64,000 bases of DNA from Candidatus Eiseniibacteriota bacterium (GTDB taxonomy: Bacteria > Eisenbacteria > RBG-16-71-46 > CAZAMP01), in assembly GCA_965224245.1 (NCBI GenBank), contig OZ245046.1, positions 2,528,001 through 2,592,000 on the forward strand. Reading direction: 5' to 3'. Under the pieces are notes generated by a model that saw only the letters and a program-made list of their open reading frames with translations, did no database searches and was not told the origin of the DNA. Made by a program: the position numbers and the translations under genes. This document shows, one piece after another, positions 48,101 through 56,642 of the stretch; positions within the stretch are counted from its first letter, which is position 1; the number at the start of each line of letters is the position of its first letter.

Positions 48101-48499
48101 TCAGGTCAGGACGCGCCAGAACGCACACGCGCCGATCGCGAGCTGCCAGGCTGCGTGCGGCAGCCCGAGCGCTCGTCCGTGCGGCAGGAAGCCGTCGTGT
48201 GTGGGAAACACCCGCTTCGATCCAGGCAGGACTCCGAGCTTGTAGAAGAGGTTCTCCAGGTCGGGCAATGCCCCTCCGATGAGCCCCCAGGTCGTGGCGG
48301 CCTCACCGCCCGACAGCCAGATGAGCGCCACGGACACCCCGACGGTCAGCGCGACGTCGATGCGCCAGTCGTGGAGGTCGTAGTGCGGAACGACGTCCAG
48401 AAGCGCGTGGCTGGCGATGCCGGCCGCGAACGCCAGCGCCGGCACACCGACGAAGGACCCGACGATCGCGCCGGCGGCGGCGTGCGAAGCGGTCGTCAT
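48101..48499 (-). CDS. Small membrane protein with H / SHxxLDxxPH motifs (metal-dependent hydrolase-like)
   Basis: MTTASHAAAGA...ASHALLDVVPHYD...GGALPDL; 132 aa, 7 bp upstream of porU. Confidence 0.7.
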   Translation of the reverse strand: MTTASHAAAGAIVGSFVGVPALAFAAGIASHALLDVVPHYDLHDWRIDVALTVGVSVALIWLSGGEAATTWGLIGGALPDLENLFYKLGVLPGSKRVFPTHDGFLPHGRALGLPHAAWQLAIGACAFWRVLT

Positions 48500-48655
48500 C
48501 GGCGTGTCGTCCTCTCGGGATCGTGCCCGGGTGATGCCGGGCCGCCTGGGCGGGTCCGGCCCGCGCCCGCGCGGCGCTTGCACCCGTCCGCTATTACCCG
48601 CGGCCAACTCCGCGGTTCCGAAGCGATTAGGCCCCGAGGGGCCACGGGCGGACGA

Positions 48656-48687
48656 ACGGTAGCAATCGCGTCAAACCAGTGTCAAAC
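48656..48687 (-). promoter_or_regulatory. Sigma70-type promoter of the porU operon with overlapping direct repeat
   Basis: TTGACA-N18-TACCGT with TG extension; GTTTGAC repeated at an 11-bp period. Confidence 0.55.
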
Positions 48688-48926
48688 GACGGCTTGGGTG
48701 GCCCTCCGACATCCAGCGCCACCGCGATCGTGTGGCAGCCGACGGATCCTCGTGTACCATCCGACCCGTATTCGACCGAGGCCGCCGGCATCGCCGGCCC
48801 CGGCGGACGAGCGAGGCACGCGGCGTTCGCCCGCCGGAACGGATCGGCGCTTCGCGCATCGCCGGCGCTCACCGGCTTCGACATCCACACCGCTCATCGC
48901 AAGCGACCCGAGGAGATGACCTGAAC

Positions 48927-50165
48927 ATGCTGGCCAGATGGACACTTGCACTGATCGGACTGGTCGCGCTGACCAGCCCCGCGCTCGCGGCCTGGAACGG
49001 GACACACGAGACTCGCGACGGCGTGCGTCACGCCATCAACGGCGAGGACCCGATGACCACCACGCGGGTCCCGCTCGAGCCGCTGTGGAGGGTCGGGGGG
49101 CTCGACGACGAGGAGGTACTGTTCGGCGTCATCAGCCAGCTCGTGCACGACGACGACGGGAACCTGTACGTCCTCGACCGCCAGCTGTCCGAGATCCAGA
49201 TCTTCTCCCCGGCGGGGGAGTACCTGACCACGATCGGCCGCGCCGGTGAGGGCCCCGGCGAGTTCCAGAACCCGGCCGACATGTACCTGGGCCCCGGCCG
49301 GACGCTCGGCGTCGTGCAGATCTTCCCGGGCAAGGTCGTGCAGATCGGCCTCGACGGCGAGCCCCGCGGCAACTTCACGCTCCCGGCCGCGGGCAGCTTC
49401 CAGCTCGTGATGGCCGGACGCGCCAACGACGAGCGGATCACGCTGGCCGGCACGCTGATGCGCAACGAGGCGGGCCAGGGATTCGAGGATCGCTACCTGA
49501 AGGCATTCGCACCCGATGGCACCGAGCTGGCCACCTTCTACGAGGAGTCGGTCGATGCGCCGTTCGGGGGCCGCAAGTTCGACGAGAAGACGTTCACGAG
49601 CTTCCAGCAGCGCTGGGCGATGGCGTCCGACGGGCGCGTGGCGGCCGCCCCGTCGTTCGACGACTACACGATCCACGTCTGGAATCCCGACGGGAGCCCA
49701 TCGGTCATCATCCAACGCCCGGAGCACGAGCTCGCCGCCCGCACCGACGGTCAGATCGAGCGCTTCCAGAAGCTCTACGACGGGATCACGAGATGGAGCC
49801 CGCAGTCCACGTTCCACGTGAGCGAGACCCACGAGGCCGTCGACCGGATGACGTTTCGCGCCGACGGCTCACTGTGGGTGCTCTCGAGCCGCGGCTCCTG
49901 GACGCCGCCCGACGGCGTGATGGCGGTGTTCGACGTCTACGACCGCGACGGCCGGTTCGTGAAGCAGGTCGAGTTCGCCGGCGAGGGCGATCCCACCGAG
50001 GACTACTTCTTCTTCGCCGGCGATCGACTCTACATGGTGACCGACTTCTTCAGCTCGATCATGACGAGCTTCGCGGACGGTGACACCGAGGCCGAGGACA
50101 CCGAGCCGGAGCCGATCTCGCTGATCGCATTCGACCTGTCGGGGGTCGACGTCGGCATCAACTAG
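48927..50165 (+). CDS. Secreted 6-bladed beta-propeller protein
   Basis: Signal peptide, GNLYVLDRQ, IGRAGEGPGEF, FDVYDRDGRF; RBS gaggag. Confidence 0.82.
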   Translation: MLARWTLALIGLVALTSPALAAWNGTHETRDGVRHAINGEDPMTTTRVPLEPLWRVGGLDDEEVLFGVISQLVHDDDGNLYVLDRQLSEIQIFSPAGEYLTTIGRAGEGPGEFQNPADMYLGPGRTLGVVQIFPGKVVQIGLDGEPRGNFTLPAAGSFQLVMAGRANDERITLAGTLMRNEAGQGFEDRYLKAFAPDGTELATFYEESVDAPFGGRKFDEKTFTSFQQRWAMASDGRVAAAPSFDDYTIHVWNPDGSPSVIIQRPEHELAARTDGQIERFQKLYDGITRWSPQSTFHVSETHEAVDRMTFRADGSLWVLSSRGSWTPPDGVMAVFDVYDRDGRFVKQVEFAGEGDPTEDYFFFAGDRLYMVTDFFSSIMTSFADGDTEAEDTEPEPISLIAFDLSGVDVGIN

Positions 50166-50217
50166 CGGCGTCGCTCCGGCGGCGTCGCTCCGGCTGACGG
50201 CGTGGGGTTCCAGTGCC

Positions 50218-50360
50218 GGGTCGACGAGGGTGGGGCGCTCCGTCGCTCCGGCTGACGGCGTGGCCGTGAGATCGGCTGGGGGCATCATTTCGTGTCGGAG
50301 CGGCTTTGCGAGGCACCGGTGTCGCACGAGTCGCGACTCCGGCCCCACCCTCGCCGACCC
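50218..50360. repeat. Stem-loop repeat element, diverged inverted copy
   Basis: 19-bp IR arms (50218-50236 / 50342-50360); core 50244-50305 is the reverse complement of the core of the 52030 and 52289 copies. Confidence 0.85.
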
Positions 50361-50631
50361 TACGTCGGGGGCCCGGGGCCGAGCGGCCATCGCACGGGGT
50401 CGGTCACGCCTGACGCCGGCATCGACCGCGGCGGCCCGGCTCAGCGGGTGACGTCACCACGCATGGCTGCGGCGGACGCACGATGCGCGGTCGTGACCGC
50501 TCAGCGCTGGACACCGTGCGACCCGTGGCCCGCCAGCGGAGCACGTGTACCCGGGGAACGGTATAGAGGAGTCAGCCTCCCGAGTAACCTGTTGGTGGGT
50601 AAGCACACTTGCCAACAGAAGGAGGCTGACG

Positions 50632-51702
50632 GTGCCGAGGCTAGCATATGCGTACACGTGTGGCGTGGATCTTCACCGGGATTCCGCGCAGATTTGCGTG
50701 GTGGATGCCAGAGGTGAGCGTGTTCAGGAACGTCGGTTCACATTCGGTAGTGCGACGACTCGAACGTCGCTGCTGGACTTCATCGTGGGTCTGGGGCGGG
50801 TAGAGGTCGCGGTAGAGTCGGTGGGGATGAACCGGTGGTTCGTGAACGGCCTGGAGGCCCGTGGTCTGGTCGTCGGCCAGGACCTGTTGGTGGTTCATGC
50901 GGCCTTTCTTCGCCTGAGCGAGAGTGGCAAGAAGACGGATCGACGCGATGCCCGCGAGATTGCTCGTCGTCTGCATCTGGGAGATCTCCGCCGGCGGGGG
51001 CGGTCGTACTACGCCACGGAAGCGGAGTGCGACACGCGTCGGCTGCTCCGAACTCGTCGCGAGCTGGTGAAGCAACGCCAGCAGTGCATCAGCACGCTTC
51101 GAGGGATGTTCCGTGCGTATGCGCTGTCGATGCCGCGTGGCACGTTGTGGAGCCAGTCGTCGCTTCAGTGGCTGTCGGAGCACGTGACGCAGCTTCCGAC
51201 GGGGGCCTTCGCCGCTGGCAGCCTGGTGTGTGTGTTGCAACGTACTCAGCAGGAGATCTTGCGACTGGAGACGGAGATCCGTCGTCGGGCGCGTCGCGAT
51301 CGCCGTGCCTCGGATCTCATGCGGGAGGTTCCGCAGGTCGCGGAGCTGACGGCGCTGACGCTGGTGGCGGAGCTCGGAGATCTGTCACGGTTCGACGGTC
51401 CGCGCCAGGCGGCGGCGTATCCGGGGCTGGTGCCGTCGGTGAACGACTCGGGGGACGCACAACGCCATGGTCGGCTGATCAAACCTGGCAATCGTCATCT
51501 CCGGTGGATCCTGGGCCAGGTCGCCGTCCGGTTGCTGGCGAGCAATGCGCGGGTGAAACAGTGGGCGGTCCCCTACCGCAAGCGCATGCCGACAAACCGG
51601 ATCCGAACGGCGCTGGCGCGGCGGCTACTGGTTGGCATCTATCGCAGTCAGCAGCGTGGAGAACGGTTCTCGCTCGAGCGGTGCCTGGGAATGAAGCCCT
51701 AG
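50632..51702 (+). CDS. IS110-family recombinase/transposase
   Basis: DEDD RuvC-like GVDLH / VES / KTDRRDA; C-terminal ELGDLSRF...GLVPSVNDSG...G.L.KPGNRHLR with catalytic Ser; RBS aaggagg. Confidence 0.95.
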   Translation: MPRLAYAYTCGVDLHRDSAQICVVDARGERVQERRFTFGSATTRTSLLDFIVGLGRVEVAVESVGMNRWFVNGLEARGLVVGQDLLVVHAAFLRLSESGKKTDRRDAREIARRLHLGDLRRRGRSYYATEAECDTRRLLRTRRELVKQRQQCISTLRGMFRAYALSMPRGTLWSQSSLQWLSEHVTQLPTGAFAAGSLVCVLQRTQQEILRLETEIRRRARRDRRASDLMREVPQVAELTALTLVAELGDLSRFDGPRQAAAYPGLVPSVNDSGDAQRHGRLIKPGNRHLRWILGQVAVRLLASNARVKQWAVPYRKRMPTNRIRTALARRLLVGIYRSQQRGERFSLERCLGMKP

Positions 51703-51960
51703 CCCGCGGCTGGTGGTGACATGACGATCGAGCTCGTCGGTGCTCGAACGGAGGCGTACTACGGTTTGCACCAAGGCCAGCGATGCCTGAGCCTCAACCC
51801 GCGAATGTCAGGCGCTTCCGACTACCTCTCTGTGCCACGTCATATGACGTGAGCCCGAAAAGGCGTACGGACGAAACCGACACTGGGATCGAGCGCCGGC
51901 ATCCGATCGTATCTGTGGCGTGACACGCGCAGATGAGGAAGCTACGGCCGAAAGGGGCTT
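51703..51960 (+). ncRNA. Putative bridge/seek RNA in the IS right end
   Basis: Long non-coding right end with hairpins (16-bp palindrome 51836-51851; 51911-51934); position expected for IS1111-group guide RNAs. Confidence 0.6.
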
Positions 51961-52029
51961 GACTCCTCTCGGGTGCGCGTCACCACCGCAGAAACCGATG
52001 CGAGCCGAGTGCGCCCCCCCGACGCCCAC

Positions 52030-52194
52030 CGCGTGAGGGAGCGACGGGGGTGGCGTCGCCGGAGCGACTGATGCGACCCCCACGTCCCACGGAGCCGCTC
52101 CGACACGAAATGATGCCCCCAACCGATCTCACGCCCACACCGCCAGCCGGAGCGCAGGCGACACCACCCCCGTCGCTCCCGACACGCGCCCCCG
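52030..52194. repeat. Stem-loop repeat element, copy 1
   Basis: About 30-bp IR arms around a ~95-bp core; nearly identical to 52289-52454. Confidence 0.92.
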
Positions 52195-52288
52195 CCGTCG
52201 GGAACACCCGGGTGCAACACGCCACGAGCACCCCCGCGGCCAATCGGCACCCCCGACGCACCCCCCGGAAAACACTCCCGAGACCCCC

Positions 52289-52500
52289 CGCGTGAGGGAG
52301 CGGCGGGGGTGGTGTCGCCGGAGCGACTGATGCGACCCCCACGTCCCCCCGGAGCCGCTCCGACACGAAATGATGCCCCCAACCGATCTCACGCCCACAC
52401 CGCCAGCCGGAGCGCAGGCGACACCACCCTCGACGCTCCCGACACGCGCCCCCGAGGGACCGCTGGCGACACCACCCCCGACGCTCCCGACACGCGCCCC
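52289..52500. repeat. Stem-loop repeat element, copy 2, plus an extra right arm (52465-52500)
   Basis: Direct repeat of 52030-52194 at ~260-bp spacing. Confidence 0.92.
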
Positions 52501-52530
52501 GGACGAGGGAGCGCCCCAGAAGGAGAGCGC

Positions 52531-53490
52531 TCAGCCCCCGAGACAGCGTCCCATGCGCCGGAACTTCTCACACCGCGAGGCGAGGAGCGCCTCGGGCGCC
52601 TCGCCCTCGAGCTCGGCGAGGCTGGAGGAGATCGCGGCCTTGACGTTGGCCGCCGCCCGATCGGGTGCGCGGTGTGCACCGCCCATCGGCTCGTCGATGA
52701 CCCCGTCGATGACGTCGAGCTCTTCGAGGTCTCGGCTCGTCAGCTTCAGTGCCTCGGCGGCCTCGGGCGCCTTCACACGATCGTGCCAGAGAATGGCCGC
52801 GCAGCCCTCGGGTGAGATGACCGAGTAGATCGCGTACTCCATCATGAACACGCGATCCCCCACGCCGAGAGCGAGCGCGCCGCCCGACCCGCCCTCGCCG
52901 ATGACGACGCACACGATGGGAACCGGGAAGCGTGACATCTCGCGGAGGTTTCGCGCGATGGCTTCCGACTGCCCGCGCTCCTCGGCCCCGATCCCCGGGT
53001 ACGCGCCCGGTGTGTCGATGAACGTGACGATCGGTAGGTGGAATCGGTTGGCCAGCTCCATGATGCGCAGCGCCTTGCGGTAGCCCTCGGGATGCGGCAT
53101 GCCGAAGTTGCGGCGGATGTTCTCGCGCGTGTCCCGGCCCTTCTGATGCCCGATGACGGCGAGTGGCCGTCCGTCGATCCGCGCGAGGCCTCCGACGATG
53201 GACTCGTCGTCGCGGTACGCGCGATCGCCGTGCATCTCGAAGAACCCGTCGAAGACGCGCTCGACGTAATCCAGCGTGTACGGGCGGCGAGGGTGCCGCG
53301 CGAGCTGGACGCGCTGCCATCGCGTCAGGTTCGAGTAGGTCTTGTGGCGGAGCTTGTCGGCCTTGGCCTCGAGCCGGGTGAGCTCGTCGGAGAGCTCGAT
53401 CTTCTCGACGGACGTGAAGTTCTTGAGGTCCTCGATCCGTCGCTCGAGCTCGATGATCTGGCGTTCGAAGTCGAGCCAGGTACTGATCAT
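52531..53490 (-). CDS. accA: Acetyl-CoA carboxylase carboxyltransferase alpha subunit
   Basis: [54 protein letters not shown]. Confidence 0.98.
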   Translation of the reverse strand: MISTWLDFERQIIELERRIEDLKNFTSVEKIELSDELTRLEAKADKLRHKTYSNLTRWQRVQLARHPRRPYTLDYVERVFDGFFEMHGDRAYRDDESIVGGLARIDGRPLAVIGHQKGRDTRENIRRNFGMPHPEGYRKALRIMELANRFHLPIVTFIDTPGAYPGIGAEERGQSEAIARNLREMSRFPVPIVCVVIGEGGSGGALALGVGDRVFMMEYAIYSVISPEGCAAILWHDRVKAPEAAEALKLTSRDLEELDVIDGVIDEPMGGAHRAPDRAAANVKAAISSSLAELEGEAPEALLASRCEKFRRMGRCLGG

Positions 53491-55571
53491 GGTCCCGTCA
53501 CGGTGAAGGTCCACGTCCGTTCGGTTCGATTGAGACAGCGGTCGACGGCGATCAATCTAGCAACGTGTTCCCCTTTGGACAAGGGCGTGCCTGTTCGCGC
53601 GCGGCACACGCCGACGTCGGGGGCCCACTCCGCGATCACGGGCTCGCCGTCGATCTCCAGGGTCAGGCCGGTCCAGTGGAGCCCGGACCCCACGTCGGAG
53701 ACCGTGGCCCCGACCGGCGCCCCGGCGGACACGCGAGCGCCGTCGGCTGGACGGACCGCTTCCACGACGGGTGCCACGCGATCGAGAGCGACGCAGAACC
53801 GCCCGATCCGGCGCGTCTCGACGGCCAGCGCCTCGCCATCCCACTCCCCGCCCTCGAATGCCCAGGAGCCGGTCTTCTCGTCCAGGGCGTAGATCCCGAG
53901 GCCCTGGGCGGGGGTGCCCGCAACCCCGGCCACCGCCGCCACATCCGCCGGTGCGGGGTCGGGGACCAGGCGAACCGTGACCGGTCGGGCGAACACCTGT
54001 TCACGCGGCTCCAGGGCCACGATCCGCGAGCGCGGCACGAGCCCGTCGGACAGCTCGGGACGTTCGCCGACCGTCGCCCGGAGCCAGCCGGAGGCGAAGA
54101 GATCCCCCGGCTCCACCGTCACCGTGACCCCGTCCCGCGCCAGCGTGGTCGGCTCGGACGCGTCGGGATCGACGAAGACGGCATCGATCGGAAGCGTCTC
54201 CTCGAAGCCCGACCCGTCGGCGTAGGTACCGGCGATCGCGACCTCGGCGGGTCCGCTTCCGAAGGGCGCGAAGACGAGATCGATCCGGTGCGAGTCGTCA
54301 CAGAAGACCGATGGGATCTCGGTGCGACCGGCCAGGGTCACGCGCGCCCGGTCGAGGCTCCCGATCGCGCGCTCGACCTCGAGCACCACGTGAGCTCGGT
54401 CGACCGAACCCCTGACGGACGAACGCCATCGATCGACGCCGCCTCCCGCGCTCGGCGTGGCCACGGGCACGGCCGCGTCGGGAGGATCCTCCCGACGATC
54501 CGGCGACGCCGGAAGCCCGGCAGGGGTCGGATCCACGAGCACCGGAACCCGGACCCGGGTCTCGTTGCCGGCGAAGTCGACCGCGCGTACCTCGCAGATC
54601 ACGAGGTCACCGGCCCCGGCATCCACGCCCACCACGCCGTCGCCGGCCGTGTGCGCATCGGCCAGGGCCGAGCCCGGGGCCACGTAGAGTCGCCGCACCC
54701 GCGTCTCCCCCATCGACGCGCGCTCGGGGTCGTACACGAGGTCGACCACCCGCTGGTTCGCGTACGGGACCGTGTCCAGGCGAGACGCGTAGAGCAGCCG
54801 GTCGGTGCGGAGCTCGAGCGCGTGAACGGCCAGCCGTGCCGTGCCCCTCCCGGCCCGATCGAACACGTGTGTCGAGAGCCGAAACGGGCCGGTGACCCGG
54901 GTCGTGTCGGGAACCAAGCCGCGCGAGACCGTGCGGACGACGGACGAGAACTCACCGTCGACGCGCGTGCGCGGCGCGGCCGGCTCGATCCGGACGTCGG
55001 CGATCGTCGGCGCGACGTCGTCGGCCGGATCGTAGCCGAAGCGAAGCGGATTGATCGCCACGTCGCCGAGCGCGTTTCGCAGCTCGAAGTGCAAGTGCGG
55101 TGGACCGGCCCCGGTGTCCCCGGTCGCGCCGATCACGTCGCCGGTCGAGACGCGAAACGTGCCGTCGTCCGGATAGAGATCGACCTCGTAGCGCCCCAGG
55201 CGGTGCTGCGCGGCACGCACGTAGGCGTCGAGCTCGGGCATGAACCGGTCCAGGTGTGCAAACACGGCCATCGGTCCGTCGTCGACGCGGAGATAGATCG
55301 CGCGGCCGTAGCCCACGCCCGAGGCGCGAACCCGAACGATCTCGCCGTCGCCGATCGCGTGGAGGGGCACGCCCACGCGCCCGCCCGTGGAGAGGTCGAT
55401 CCCGCTGTGGAAGTAGCCGCGCCGGTACTCGCCGAACGTGGAGGTCAACGAGGGGCTCGTCGTCGTGGGCCACGCGAGCGGCGGATCGGCACGGCTGGCA
55501 CCGACGAGCCCCGATGCCAGCCCGACGCCGACCAGCGCCGCGGCGACGCGAGCCCGCCGTCGACACCTCAT
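53487..55571 (-). CDS. M23-family metallopeptidase with long C-terminal beta domains
   Basis: Signal peptide, FGEYR..FHSGID (HxxxD), [12 protein letters not shown] (HxH). Confidence 0.88.
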   Translation of the reverse strand: MRCRRRARVAAALVGVGLASGLVGASRADPPLAWPTTTSPSLTSTFGEYRRGYFHSGIDLSTGGRVGVPLHAIGDGEIVRVRASGVGYGRAIYLRVDDGPMAVFAHLDRFMPELDAYVRAAQHRLGRYEVDLYPDDGTFRVSTGDVIGATGDTGAGPPHLHFELRNALGDVAINPLRFGYDPADDVAPTIADVRIEPAAPRTRVDGEFSSVVRTVSRGLVPDTTRVTGPFRLSTHVFDRAGRGTARLAVHALELRTDRLLYASRLDTVPYANQRVVDLVYDPERASMGETRVRRLYVAPGSALADAHTAGDGVVGVDAGAGDLVICEVRAVDFAGNETRVRVPVLVDPTPAGLPASPDRREDPPDAAVPVATPSAGGGVDRWRSSVRGSVDRAHVVLEVERAIGSLDRARVTLAGRTEIPSVFCDDSHRIDLVFAPFGSGPAEVAIAGTYADGSGFEETLPIDAVFVDPDASEPTTLARDGVTVTVEPGDLFASGWLRATVGERPELSDGLVPRSRIVALEPREQVFARPVTVRLVPDPAPADVAAVAGVAGTPAQGLGIYALDEKTGSWAFEGGEWDGEALAVETRRIGRFCVALDRVAPVVEAVRPADGARVSAGAPVGATVSDVGSGLHWTGLTLEIDGEPVIAEWAPDVGVCRARTGTPLSKGEHVARLIAVDRCLNRTERTWTFTVTGP

Positions 55572-55803
55572 CGTCCGGCTCCGATCGATCGGGCTTCTGG
55601 CACCGCGGCACCTCCGAATGTGCGTTCGTGCGTCGTGCGAGTCGTGGGGCATCCTGCAATGAGCCCTCGCAACGTGCAATGACAAACCGGGACCCGGTCG
55701 CGCCACCCGGTCGCGAACCGATGCGAGGTCGGCGGCCTCATGTCTGGGAGCGTCATCACCTTACCCGATCGACTGCACGTTGGTTCCGCACCCGTCGGAT
55801 CTC

Positions 55804-55819
55804 TGGTACGCGGCTTGCT
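55804..55819 (+). promoter_or_regulatory. Candidate sigma54 promoter
   Basis: TGGTAC-GCGGC-TTGCT, 105 bp before the FN3 lipoprotein gene. Confidence 0.6.
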
Positions 55820-55923
55820 CGTCCGGTGCGCGGCACGACACGAGGGGCACCGGTCACAGCTCCGGCGACTCCATTCATTGGCACGAACGCGGACTGACAG
55901 ACCAGAAGGGGGTCATCGAAACC

Positions 55924-56454
55924 ATGATGACGCGAGCACTGGCGACGACCTGCAAGATGCTTCTCTGTGGGGCGATGGTATTCATGGCCACCGGTTGCGG
56001 TGGCGACGACCAGCGGGTCGCCGCTCCGGACTCGCCGGCAGGCCCGGGGAACCCCCACAACGAGATCTTGCTGGGCGCTCCGTCGAACCTGAACACCCGT
56101 GCGGCCGGTGGCTCCGACATTCTGCGGTGGCAGGCACCGACGTCCGAGACCACGCAGACGCTCGTCGGTTACAACGTCTACAGCTATCAGCCGGATCCCG
56201 GCACGCCGGACTCGTTCGTCCGGGTCAACGGTAGCCTCGTGCCGGGCGGGCGCTACGTCTTCGAGGGCCTGATGGCCGGCGACGAGTACCACGTGAAGGT
56301 CCGTGCGGTCGACTCCGAAGGCAACGAGAGCGATTGGTCGGCCACGCATTCGTTCCGGTCCCAGGGTGCCGCGAGTGGCTCGGACGGACGACCGGGTGGT
56401 CTCGGCCAGTCCGACCCCGACGTGGTCGAGGGCGAGACCGGCCCCACCCACTAG
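55924..56454 (+). CDS. Fibronectin type III domain lipoprotein
   Basis: Lipobox ATGC; APSNL, LRWQAP, GYNVY, GL..GDEYHVKVRAVDSEGNES. Confidence 0.82.
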   Translation: MMTRALATTCKMLLCGAMVFMATGCGGDDQRVAAPDSPAGPGNPHNEILLGAPSNLNTRAAGGSDILRWQAPTSETTQTLVGYNVYSYQPDPGTPDSFVRVNGSLVPGGRYVFEGLMAGDEYHVKVRAVDSEGNESDWSATHSFRSQGAASGSDGRPGGLGQSDPDVVEGETGPTH

Positions 56455-56510
56455 TCGACGCATCGACCGGCGCCCCGGTGTCACACACCGGGGCGGCCGG
56501 ACTTCGGGGG

Positions 56511-56538
56511 TTCAGTTCCCCGGCCGATCCGTCGATAT
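56511..56538 (+). promoter_or_regulatory. Candidate sigma28-like promoter
   Basis: TTCAG-N15-GTCGATAT. Confidence 0.45.
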
Positions 56539-56545
56539 GACGGTT

Positions 56546-56626
56546 GAGACGGAAGGGCAATAGGGGACCTGTCCTTCCAGCTCTGAGCCCGTCGGGCCGC
56601 GTTCGCGCGGTGCGGCGGGCTCTTTT
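56546..56626 (+). ncRNA. Candidate small RNA (hairpin plus terminator)
   Basis: 9-bp stem 56551-56559 / 56570-56578 with loop ATAGGGGACC, then a terminator; preceded by a promoter-like motif. Confidence 0.4.
56585..56626 (+). terminator. Intrinsic terminator
   Basis: gagcccgtcg..ccgcg-ttcg-cgcgg..cggcgggctc followed by tttt. Confidence 0.78.
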
Positions 56627-56642
56627 CGTCTAGAGTGCCCGC

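Larger units (their letters stand above)
50552..51973 (+). mobile_element. IS110-family insertion sequence, IS1111-like architecture
   Basis: Sub-terminal IRs AGAGGAGTCA (50565-50574) / TGACTCCTCT (51960-51969), CGGG at both proposed junctions, short left and ~270-nt right non-coding ends, composition visibly less GC-rich than flanks; exact ends uncertain. Confidence 0.8.

Noticed and set aside
52030-52500. Possible CRISPR array
   Set aside because: Units are ~165 bp with identical interiors, there are no unique spacers of regular length, and no cas genes.
51808-52828. Short ORFs across the repeat region
   Set aside because: Translations of the repeats; no RBS or protein-like composition.
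55878-55893. Second sigma54 site TGGCACGAACGCGGA
   Set aside because: Has the -24 box but no TTGC at -12.
56540-56640. Moco riboswitch upstream of mobA
   Set aside because: I could not find the conserved Moco RNA motifs; kept only as a generic sRNA/terminator candidate.
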